NCBI GenBank assembly: GCA_964035545.1
Contig: OZ037765.1
Span: 24,737,504 to 24,801,503 of the forward strand
From: Bugula neritina
Taxonomy: Eukaryota > Animalia > Bryozoa
Reading direction: 5' to 3'
Length of the DNA: 64,000 bases
Position 1 is the first letter of the stretch. Every line of letters starts with the position of its first letter. Position numbers and translations under genes: made by a program. The notes beneath the pieces are model-generated. The model was given only the letters and a program-made list of their open reading frames with translations, was not told the DNA's origin and searched no databases. Shown one piece after another: positions 13,401 to 25,640 of the stretch.

Positions 13401-14960
13401 GGTTGAGAGTCAGAATCGTCTACTTCAGAGCCATACAGGTCACGGAATACTTCATCCTGATACCTGAAGATGTCATTGTGAACATAATACTGCTTGGGGG
13501 TCTGGTGGGCAAGCACAAACGTCTGCATAAACCGCCTCAGGGGCCCAGAACGGTTGGAGAGCTCACCAGTTACCTGAACCACCACAGCATTGCCGACGGT
13601 GGCCTGGCTGTCCACCTGGCGAATCTTGGTATGGCAATCTTGGAAGTTCAACTCCTGGATCTTCTTGTGTATGTCCTGAATGCAAGAAATATGCAGAATA
13701 GAGTACCAAACTAATGACTATGAATAGCTTTTCACTGCACGACAATGAAAAATATAAGGAAAGTTAAACTCCATGTAGAGCAATAGATAACTTTTATGAC
13801 TAGTTTTTTAAATAATTGACTTCATAGAAAAAGTTTAGTGGAACAATTTTATGAATTTTAAAATTTAAAATAAATATGAAGGAGCTGAGAGAACAATTCT
13901 AAGCTGCCTTCTTTTTATAAACAAGCAAAACATGTTTTTATTTTAAAATAGTTTGAAATAACATACGAAATGTTGCTTTGCATTACTATTCAATATAAAT
14001 AATAAACAATAACAATTGTAAGGCTTGTATAAAATCATGTAGTGTCATTCCTTAAAAGGTCATTCTGGTTAATTGTTAAAATGATAGTACATATATAGAA
14101 CATGGTTGCAAAACAATAAACTCCCATCTAATTATGTGTTTCATAGTTTAAAATAGTTTTTTACAGCTGTATGCAATTTGTGTTAAAAAAGACAAATCCT
14201 AAGTAGCTTCGAAATTTAATAAAATTGCCTTTGTTTGGAAAAGGTGGCAAAGCCTGGCCATTAGTGTTAAATTAGAAAGACTAAGCTTACCTTTTGACCA
14301 TACACAGCCTCAGCTTCCCCTGAAGACAGATCTGCTTCACTATGCACAAAGCTAGAATCTCCACTGTAAAACCTATTAAAAACATGTTGAAAGTTAATGT
14401 TAACCGTTACTAAAAGTAAACATTGTAAACCTTATAACACACACTAATAAAGAGCATTGAAATGGTGTCGTTCAACTAAGCTCTTCCATTACATATCGAT
14501 ACCATAGAATAAGAAATATTGTTAGAGGTGGCAGAATCAATAAAGTGTATTAATTTATACAGCAGTGTTGGCTAGTATAGTACACATAATATTTTACATC
14601 CATAAGTTGATAATTTCTTTACTATCTCATGTAGATTTTAACAACCAAGTTATACTAATGGGTTACGCCAAAGTCAACCTAGCATTAGTTTCCCTAGTGC
14701 TTACATGTTAAAGTTGACATGGAAAATCTGTGTCAGAATAAATTCCATTCAGGTGTTACTGACAAACTAATGTACTGACCAATAGAGATGTTTGGCCAAA
14801 AAATTACAGAGGTGTTTGATAAAAGTATACAATTGATATGTTAGAAGATCTCAACATGAAATTACCTATGGAGATACTCAGGAGCTTCATTCATCAGGGT
14901 GTAATACTGCCGAACAAACTCCCGACCTACATTCTGAGCACTTGGCAAATCCATTACCAT
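10446..14960 (-). CDS. G3BP: Ras GTPase-activating protein-binding protein (G3BP/Rasputin): NTF2-like, acidic IDR, RRM, Arg-rich tail
   Basis: [32 protein letters not shown]|[10 protein letters not shown]...[28 protein letters not shown]...[10 protein letters not shown]...[12 protein letters not shown]; [35 protein letters not shown] non-coding first exon is probably near 17040-17110. Confidence 0.95.
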
Positions 14961-16359
14961 GATTCTAAAATCACATCATCAGATGAAGAAACTATTTAGG
15001 TAACATTCAAACAGCTATATTTAACTCATATAGCCTCATATAAAATCTTATAAATATGAATTCAAACAAGTTTAAAGACATTCAATAATGCACTTTTATC
15101 AAAATATGTGGGCTTCATCAAAATACTGTTTAGGTTAATAATCATTTCCTAAATCTATTAGTTAATGTACTAAGAGTTCAAAAAGACCCACAATAGGAAT
15201 ATTGCACTCGACTATGAACGGTGAAATATATAATGTCTTGTAAAATAGTCTTTAAAACTATAACCAATACATTTGCAGGCTAAATGTTTCCTCTAATGAT
15301 GTACATTTTCAAGAATATGGTTAATGTGACAAAGCTTGAAAATGAGGATTCTCTGATGGAATGTGGTAGTAGTGTAAAGACTATTATTAGTATCTTATTA
15401 GTATTCTTTCCTCTGTCTGAATGAACTAGTACTTAAATTTTTGGAAAATATAATTATACATCACCAGCATTGAGAAAAGTAGAAAGTAAATTATGTTCCT
15501 GGCATTATATTTATTAGAGCAACATAAGTAGTATGTTAAACAACATAAAGAGAATTGCCAAGGGTTATACTAAAATCCTTTAGCAACTCTTACTTGGTAT
15601 TCTGTAGTACTGAAAGGTTAAAAAGGTAATACTGTGCAATTGGGCAGTTGTTCTTTTGTTAACTTGGCTATTTAGTAAGATGTTCAAGCTGGTAAATAAT
15701 GCTGCAATTTTCTGGGAAGTGAAAATATAATTATAGTAATGGAAACCTAAAAGCAGTGATCTGCTTGTTAAGAATGGGATTAATTGCTATTTTGCAAGAG
15801 CAGAATATATATAATTATAGCCTGCACTTGGTACAGTTTCCAAGAGGTATTCTTAGTTTAAGGAACTACAAAATCATGTAGTTTTCTGCAATGCAAGGTT
15901 ACCTATGCAATTAGTTGAGATAAGGCTACACTGAATAGGTAGGTTTCTACTCTTTAAAAATAAACTTTATGGGTAAGCTATTGGTAAGTATGGCTATTAA
16001 CTTTGTAGGAACTAATTGAGTTTCCCCCCAATGCATTTTCTCCCTTTCTCAATCTATGAAATTTTAATCATAATTTAAAAAATATGGAGCATACATCAAC
16101 CTGAAGATTAAAGTAATAGCTAACATATGATGATTGATATTATAACCCTTATGAAGATAATTACAATAAGTTACTGTTGTATGGTATTACTATCACACGA
16201 AAAATAATTTCCATTGGCATGATAATTGCCATGACTATTTTTCGACTATATTTATATTATTTTCTTATAAAATACCACTAGTGAAATGATATAGAACTAA
16301 CAAGTAAAACTATATTACTTTACAGTGATAAAAATAGGTATAATAATATCAGATTCATA

Positions 16360-16990
16360 TTATTACTGATACTACTTACTAGCCGATAATATTAATATGG
16401 TGTGAATAATTAACATCATGCTCACCAGCCTATTGATATTGCAATTACGTATTATAATTAGTATTAATAATAGTATTACTTTTACTAATTAGTAATACTT
16501 TATTTACATTAATCCCAACTTCAACTTGAACTAGAGTCTCAGGCTGAAGGTGAAGAATAACTATTACAATTAGCATTACATTTACTCAATTACTATTCCT
16601 ATCAGAACCTGAATTAAGAATAAGAATTAGTATGATTACAGTCTGCGTTACACTTACTCTTCGACTTAGAGTTAGTGACTTATACTTACAGTTACAGTAA
16701 CTTACTCAGTAGCTCAGTTACCGAGTAAGTGTAGCAGTAACACTAACGCTGACTTCACAGTTCACCGTACTACTACTACTACTACCATAACTATCACTTA
16801 CACTATGTCTATTAGCTACTATTACAGTAATATTAATACTATCAGTATTAGTATAACTATAAGTATAAGATTAAGTGTTACTCAAACTGTAGGTGTCGGT
16901 CAAACTCAATAAGTCAAAGTCAATTTCAGTCAATTTGAATTTCAGTTCGAACTTGAGTATCAAAATGAATTAGAATAAATATAGTTTATA
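16360..16990. repeat. Promoter-proximal degenerate hexamer-periodic low-complexity tract (G3BP leader intron)
   Basis: Units such as tattac/tagtaa/ttacag/tcagta/ttgagt; G and C mostly occur singly between A/T. Confidence 0.75.
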
Positions 16991-17139
16991 TTGTATTTAA
17001 AACTTCAATTTTAGTTTGACAAGTAGAGAAGTATTGCATTGCCTCAATAAGTTCTTGAGCAGTATCAAAATGAAATCACCAAGTCGTAAAATGAAATGAA
17101 ATTCTACAAACCATATATATGCCACAGCCTAAAGCGACG

Positions 17140-17320
17140 TCCATCAAAAGAGAAACATGCCCCTTTGTATCCGCCAAACACGCTATCCGTACTAACGTCA
17201 TCTAGCATTGGTCAATTTTAGTAGTCAAGTGAACATATATTGGTCAGTTTTATTAGGTTATGCATAAGCTGCGAAAACACTCGCCATAACTATTGCCAAA
17301 GTTTTTAAGCCTGCGTAAGC
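17140..17320. promoter_or_regulatory. Bidirectional promoter core between G3BP (-) and DYNC1I (+)
   Basis: Short CpG-containing island between divergent genes; two ATTGG (reverse CCAAT) boxes at 17207 and 17239 in a repeated ATTGGTCARTTTTA context; CRE-like TAACGTCA at about 17193. Confidence 0.55.
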
Positions 17321-17570
17321 ATTTTTGGAGGATTTGTTCAATTACTCACCGTACTAACAAATGTGTCAGAAAAGTATCTTACCTAAGCTAAAAATAATTG
17401 ATTTCCCAGAGGTCACAAAACTGAAGTTTGTGGTTTAATCATTTTGATTTGTTTCGGTAAATATTACTTTACAAAGTATTTTCATTGCAAATAATTATTA
17501 GCATTATCTAAGCAATAATTATTTAATAGTTAAATAGACGCTCAATATCATTATTAATAAACAAAGCCAA

Positions 17571-20500
17571 ATGGCTGATAGAAAAGCAGAACTAGAAAGA
17601 AAAAAAGCGAAGCTTGAAGCTATTCGAAAAGAAAGACAGAGAAAAGAAGAAGAAAAGAGACAGCGTGAGGTTAGGCCACCTAAATTGAAATACAGTTATA
17701 TTGATCATGGTATTATAGAATAGATGAATAGTTTATCTGCAAAGCTAATAGTAATAGTATTTTTCAAAATGAAAATTACTAAATTCAAATTGAAATTGTT
17801 ATGTATAACTATATAAATCATTTTTATTGTTATACTGATAGTTATTGTATAATAAATATAAATAATCAATAATCATAATGTTATAATGTATTTTTGTATC
17901 CAGTATGAACTATGAGATATTTGCAAAGTGTTCAACAACAATTTCATAAACTTAAAAACCATCCGTTACTACTTTACTAGGAAGAAGCTGCTAAAAAAGA
18001 ATTGAAAGCCAGCACTGAAAAACCAATTGAAGATAGGCTTTCAGAAGCAGACAAACTACTAAAAGACCTTGGCATTGGTATGACATCTCAAAAAGTTTAC
18101 ATTCTATGTGCACTACTGTTGCATCTCCTTTGTATTTTTTTTAGTAATGAGCACACAATAAGCTGCAACATTTAGATTAAGTTTTCATCACACCATTATA
18201 ATTTATATATAGGAGATGCTCCTCCACCTACCCAGGATGGCACAGCATCTAAATCAGATTCAACGAATAAAGTAGCAGCAGATGAGCAAAAACCAGCTGT
18301 AACAACAGACAAAATAACGTGCGTCTACAATTTATTATTAGATAATTGAATAAAAGTTTAACAAATGCATATAATCGCTTTTGATTAAACTTTTTCATTA
18401 AATTGCTCTTTGGGTATGTGTGTTGCAGAACTAAAAGAAAAGAGATCAGTTTGACTATAGCCCACCAAGTTACTCAAACTAGTATTCCTCCCAGGGAATT
18501 AGTTTGTTATGAAAAAGAGACTCAAACTTCTACAGAGTTAGCAGATAAAGAAGGTACTAGATGCTAACTTTTTTGGCTCCAGCAATGGCTACTTTTAAGG
18601 ATCAAAATCAACTGATATGCTTTGTATTGAGATATAGTTGATGTTAATTGAATGTATGATAGTTATAGGTTATTGTCAATGTATGATTTTAGCTCTTTGG
18701 GAGTCCTATTATGGTAAGTTTTTGTGTACAAAGTGCACTTTTTAGTTTTTTTAGTTCTTCATCTTTGGAACAGCTTGAATTTATAAATACATATTAGTGA
18801 CAGTTATTCACCATGTTGTAACATCAATCTATACGGCTTTTGCCTCTGGACAAAACTTATTTCTCGGTTTATCTCTAGGAAATATCAAAATGTAAATGTC
18901 TGTAGCGTAGTTTCTGCATGGTAGTGCACAAGTCTTAAATCACCCGTAGCCAATCCAAGAATGCTTTCAACAAATTTACATCAGATATTCTCAACACCTT
19001 TTTATATCTGATAGGAATAGCTGGTTACCTATCTAATGCAGTTCAGCATCATGCACATTCCCACACACTGAATACAACAGATTTCAGTGTTTGTGGTACA
19101 TCTCACAGAGATTTTGATTCTTCACGAGGGGGTTCCCCGGCATTTTCATTTGGCTCTCCTAGATTCTTCTCTAATTATCTTGAATGGGATGATGAGTTCA
19201 GGGCTGCAGGTATAATTCATGTCCTAGGATGTCTGTGTAGCTCTTTACCTGCTTGCTATTGAAATTAAGTGATTGTTCCAGACTCAAACTCTTAGATGTG
19301 TTTTTGCACTGAAACACGGACAAGCATGGACAGTTGTTATTGTATGATTGCTGCACCAACATATGGTTTTGTTGTATAGCATTCCATTATCATCAATCAT
19401 TAGCCTTAGAAGTTCTTTTATCAAATCGCTTTCTCTTCATGGTTTGCATTTATTTCTCCAGTAGTAATTCAATGTGTAAATGCCACCCAGGGGACCCCCA
19501 GTCATATATCATCATCTGTTGAACCACACGCTTCTTATGGCCATCTTACCCGAAAAATACTCGCCACTCTTTCTATAGACCAAGCTTGTGGGTGTGACTT
19601 GTGTGATTAGTTCTAGGGGTCTCCGGGTGTGTATGGATGTTGTAGCTATGTCGTACTCCTTACTATAATGAGCATTTTCTGTCTTTCGAGTAGAATGCAT
19701 GCTATAAGACAAAGAAGATAGTCACATATCTATTAAAATGAAATTGTAAAGTAATAATAAAATGTATTGCTATAGAGTTGGAAAATTATAGTAGTCATTA
19801 GTAGCTTTTTTTACCTCGTAATCTTTAATTTTATATCAATACCCAATTTTAATTAAAATGTAACGGTGCAGAATGTCTTTCACTTTTATGAGTTTATTAA
19901 GGGCAATTTGGTTGACCAATACAATATTTCATGACTTGTGTTATCTAAACAAAACACATCGAAGTATTTCCTATTTGATATTTTGGTCCACTACCTATTT
20001 TAGCATACTAATGCTGTAGAGTGTACTGACAGCTAGCTATGTTAATATTTGTAAGGGAAGAATTAAGATGTGTTCTTGAAAGTTAAAATAATAACTCGAA
20101 AAATTTGTTAATTTTTAATAGAGTATTTGCTCAAAAATAATTTTCACAGCTTTGTATGTCACTAACACACTGGTTATCATTCTTTTGCATGCAGATCCTG
20201 CTTAGTTGGTTGCTACAATTTCTTGAATGTAGAATTTCCGAGTGACTTGTTTTTTGTATTCAAATTTCAAATACAAGAAGTTTCCAGTCTCTTGTCATTG
20301 TTTTTATTTTCAATATATTTCCTTCTGTTTTGATTAGTATAAAATTTATGTTTAGCTTTGACATACGGAGTTAGGGGAGGCGATGAGGACACTGACTCTC
20401 TTGAGGTGGTGTTAGACTCAGCTCTGTCACACACCAAGATGCCTGTGGTTGAAATGGTACAGCCCGCTCACACTGATGAAGATGACAAGAAAACTGAGGC

Positions 20501-23500
20501 TACCGGTTAGTGTTCTGCATGTGTTATTCGTATTCACTCTAGCTGCTGGGCTATATGTCTTTATTTAGGACCTTCCTGTGAAATTTTTTAGGTAAACTGT
20601 GCTTGTGAATTAGTGCTGGCAACGGTGTATATATACTCACTTAGTTATAAGTTTGGTTTATGACAGGTTGTTTAAGGTAAAATCATTTACGTACATATTA
20701 TACTGAACCATATTGGACATATTTCATAGACACAAATAGATAGAAATTGGAGAAAAATTATCATAGATAGCTGAACATTTTATACATTATTGGATTATGC
20801 ATTATTTAAATAATTTTTTAAAACTATCTTGTAGTGACTAGCAATAGTTGTTTGGTGGAAGGCTAATGTATTTAGATTACAATCTAATGATGAGTTGTAT
20901 GAGAAGATAAACCTCACCTTATACATAATATGTGTAAAAATTTCATTCAGTTGTGGAGTTGAGTGAAGAAGAAAAACAGCAGATAATGATTACGGAAGAC
21001 TACAAAAAGTTTCTAGATCGTTCTTCTAGACTAATGGAGAGAGCGCTAACACAGGATGTAGATATTTTCGTGGACTATACTGGGGATCTATCAGATGACG
21101 GGTTAGTTATTACCTCCCCTTTTTTCTCAAAAAAGTTTTTTCTGTTTCCACAAACCCACATTGCATGCTCTAATCCATGGTTCAAGTAAAGGTTAGCTTT
21201 ACTCTAGGGCCTAAAGCTCGTGTTTGTGTTGCTGATTGGTATCAATTATTGTATTATTTTAGTGACCATGGGTTCGGCGAAAAGCTAAAACTTCAGAGAA
21301 TATTTTATGACGAACACTGGACTAAGCATCGACATGTGACATGCATGGACTGGTCCAAACAGGTTAATATAGTTTTCAATATAGACTTTTGGTTGTCTAC
21401 GCACACTGTATGGGGGTCACATTCAGTACACATTCAATTTCATTAGTTTTTTACAATTCTTAGCTGCTAGTATATATGTTTTTCTACCTGAAGCTAATAA
21501 AATGTTGAATAAAACGAAATAATTATTTTTCAACTCTGGCTATATTTTCTACATTTCTACATGTATATGTAGAAATCATTGTTGCATATATGTTCAGCGT
21601 ATGTTGTGTTTTTATAACTTACTTTATTAATTTGACTTACTCTTTACTGGCTCATTATTGTTTGTAGTATCAAGAATTGTTACTTGCTTCGTATAATGCT
21701 AATACAGAGTTGCCCCATGAGCCAGATGGTGTCTGTCTTGTATGGAACTCCATGTTTAAAAAAGATTCTCCAGAATACATCTTCCACTGTCAAGTATGTT
21801 GTGTAAAGATATCTCTATTTTCATATGACTTCTCATCTTATATTAGTGTGCATACTGCATACATCTGAATACAGCAGAATGGAGCTTTTATTATCACTAT
21901 AATGCCGGTGTCTGTTATGTTTCTGCAGAGTGCTGTGACGTCGTGCTGTTTTGCGGCTTTCCACCCCAACCTGTACATTGGCGGTACATATTCTGGTCAA
22001 GTGGTGCTTTGGGATAATAGAAGCAGTAAACGTATGCCAGTCCAGAGGACTCCTCTCTCTGCTTCGGCTCATACCGTAAGTGTTCACAAAATCATCCATT
22101 ACTGATTGCCTCATGTAATGGCAGGGTTATAATACACACTAGTGCAGACTATATAGTATTATATATACAGTATGAACCATCTGAACGCTATGCTGTATAT
22201 ACAGTATATACAATATACAGTATATACAGTATATACAATGGCAGTATCAGGGTGTCTCGCCTATCTTATCAATGACTGTTAATTCACACACCTGTTTAGT
22301 CGTAGATGTGCTGTTCAGTGTGTGATTGTACTGCTAGGCTCTTGATTACTTCAATTACAGTGTGCACTTTTCCCAGTATTTTGCTGTTGATTGTTATGAT
22401 AACTTTTCATAGAAGTAATTTACTTTAGGTATTGGTCTTGCAGTATCAGTAGTCCATCATTGTTTATTTAAATGCTGTATATTAAATATAAATATGTCAA
22501 GTGTGCTTTGTTTGCCAACAGCACCCAATCTACTGTGCCTCAGTGGTTGGTACAGAGAATGCTCATAATCTCATTACTATATCTACTGATGGGAAAGTAT
22601 GTTCATGGAGTCTGGATATGCTCTCCCAGCCGCAGGTAAATAGTCGAGTAATGATTTGTTATTATTATAACTCAGTGCAGTGACTGTTTCAGGATTTGTC
22701 CTCCCATCAGTACATAAATTATTTATATGTTTGTCTTCCAATTTTTTACTGAGTGCTGTTCATTTGTTGATATTTACCTGATACATGTAGACACATGTGT
22801 ATATGTATATGTTGGCTAATAAAACAAACTAAACTCTAGCAGAATTTCTACATGGAGAAGTGTTTAAAGCTTATCTCTGCTAATTATCTTGTAGAATTTC
22901 TAAATCTTGATTAGTTTCTTCAATTTCATTGTTTATACCATATATCTGAAATGCACTTACTAGTATATATTTTACAGTATTTTTTATTTTTTTGTTTTGT
23001 TGTAAATAAATGGACCAGAAAATCAATAATTATTACTTATAGGATTCAATGATATTGACTGCAACTAATAAAAACAAACTGCCAGTTGCTGCTCTGTCCA
23101 TGTCATTCTTGTCTGGAGATGTCAACAACTTTCTGATAGGTGGAGAAGATGGTGCCGTTAGCTCTGCATGCAGACATGGCAGGTAAATATTACTCTGCCA
23201 TCTGTATGTTTGTCATATGTGTGTAGTGCACTCTACAGCTCTTCATGTTCACCCTGTATGTTATGACAATGCCTACTCACAACACCCGACCAAGTGCAGT
23301 CACTATAATCTAAATAGGCTGACAGGTTTTTGTTAAGGGTAGAACTGGTTAGTGATGCATATAGCTACATGTCCACACATGCTGCAATGTCTCATTTTTA
23401 TACCACCATTTGTTTAGTGCTGATATGTTTAATGCAAGTATAAGCAAAAGTATTCATCAAAGGCACGCACATACCCTGAGTTAACAAGTTTTTTTTTTTT

Positions 23501-25067
23501 TAAATAATGCATTTATGCTTTCTTGCAGCAAAGCCGGAGTTACTAACTCCCTAGATGGGCACAATGGCCCAGTCACTGGTATTGATACCCACTGTGTACA
23601 AGGTGCTGTAGACTTCTCCCACTTATATTTGACATCATCTTTTGATTGGACAGTCAAGCTTTGGAGTACCAGGGTGAGCTTTGCCACACTTTCTTGCTAC
23701 TACAATACTACAACTAGGTGTGCTTTTTATATTACTAGTACTTTGTATATTACCTGTACTAAGTATACTACTGCTTTTTGACTATCACTAATAGCATTAA
23801 AGTGCTTGTAGTAATAGCATAATGGCGGAATAGTTAACAGTATTAAATGCTGTAACAGTGATTGTCACTTAGAGCTGACCATTAGTATATTGCTTATTAC
23901 AGTACAGCTACTCTTACTCACGTGAACTTTTTAGCTTCTAATTCATTTCTAACATTAAAAGCTGACAATTCATTAAAGTTGAGAGAGCTGCTGACATTTG
24001 TGTTTATGTATATAAGTAGTTTTAGCAAGCTTAATATTCAATGAGTCAGCATGGATTTGCTGCCTGTCACTGTATGCGCAAGTGCAATGTTTTAGAATGA
24101 CCATGAGCTGTACACATTCAAGGATGGTACTGAGTATATGATGGACGTAAGGTGGTCCCCTATTCACCCTGCACTCTTTGCTTGTGTGGACGGAAGTGGC
24201 AAGCTGTCACTGTGGAATCTAAATAATGACACTGAGGTAGGATGAAGATGTTATAACTAAAAACATAATTTTATCTGAACACTGGTGAAGTAGAATTTTA
24301 ATGGTACCAGATGTAGCTGGTGTGGCTATACTATTATGAAAGAGCACTGTCTTTTTACTTTGCTTTGGATTTGCCAATAGTTTTTTTATACCAGTTTTAC
24401 ATGTATGTGATTGAATATGTAAGTTTTCTCTCGATGCTCAGGTTAAATTAGCAATACAGTCAAAAACATCTCCCACCCATATGCAAGCATAATAAAACAC
24501 AAACACGAAATCTATGAAATTTTTTTGATGTCTCTTTGATCTTGTGAAATTATCTCTGCTCTACTCCCAAAGTAGTTACAAGTTGTTGACATTTCAGGTG
24601 CCGACTACTAGCACTGTGCCAGACATGCAAGCAGCTCTCAACAAGTGCAAGTGGCACGGTAATGGTTCACAGCTGGCTGCTGGTGGCAACAATGGAAAGA
24701 TTTACCTCTATGACGTGTCTGAGGTTAGATAATGATATAACACCATTAATACTGGTTAAACTGTTCAGTATGTTCAGTCTACAGTCATAGTGTTTTGCTT
24801 TAAAATGTTAATATATTAATTTGATATTGTGTACATATAGTTTATTTTTGATAGTGACTTATATTTCTGCATACGAAGTTGTGTTTAGCAAGTCTGCTTT
24901 TAGGAGCAACTTATATTATTGTTGATGAAGTCTTTTGGCTTGCTCATTTATAGAAGCTGGCAAATCCCAAGCTAGATGAGTGGAACAAGTTTGCCCACAA
25001 TCTGCTGGAGATGCAGTCTGAGTCAGCCGATCTGGACATGTCTGGTGTTGGTGCTCCTCTCAGATGA
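17571..25067 (+). CDS. DYNC1I: Cytoplasmic dynein 1 intermediate chain (N-terminal coiled coil, light-chain sites, WD40 repeats), multi-exon with alternative exons
   Basis: [29 protein letters not shown]; [20 protein letters not shown] (Tctex/LC8 sites); [31 protein letters not shown]; WD repeats ([44 protein letters not shown]|[31 protein letters not shown]); stop TGA 25065-25067. Confidence 0.96.
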
Positions 25068-25640
25068 CTCATCTAATCAACCATTCTGTTCAACATGAAG
25101 AGCAAAAGCTTGCATACAGACATTGTTTTGCTTGAGTCAATTTATTTCTGTATTCATGCTTTTTAGAATTTTTGTAATGCTATATCTAACTAAAGTTTGG
25201 TGGTGTTGCTCTTTTCTATATTCGCCCTTTACATTTGTAGTCAAAAATGTTATGTTATTTATTACAAGAAGAATATATCAAAAACTTGTGAACATTTTGG
25301 TGATTTAATAAGTTGCATATATTTCTACATATTTATTACAATTGTAAAATGTACATTAGTTTTTAGTTTTAAGTAATAGTGTGTTGCCGTACTTATTTGC
25401 TAGATAAGTACTCATGGAGATAGCAAGCACCAAGCGGTACTATAGGTACACATGGGATGTAGAACACATAACTTGTGTGTTTTGACAATCTTGTCAAATT
25501 AACATCTCATTGCAATAGCATAGCATTACAAGGTAGCTTGCTGAGCCAGTCAGTTGGATAATTTTTGCTCCAGACCATTCGCAGTGAAAGCATAAGTTAC
25601 AAACAAATAGTGCAAATTTGAGTAGTAACCAGAACGTAGT

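Noticed and set aside
13379-13714. 111-aa plus-strand ORF and similar antisense ORFs (21833, 28623, 46276, 47120)
   Set aside because: Antisense shadows of real exons of G3BP, DYNC1I, the receptor and NGRN, or AT-rich intronic frames.
15287-15361. C/D-box snoRNA- or SECIS-like hairpin (ATGATGT...cattttcaag/cttgaaaatg...CTGA)
   Set aside because: Motifs are on the + strand, antisense to the host G3BP intron; the C box is imperfect and no guide target was recognised.
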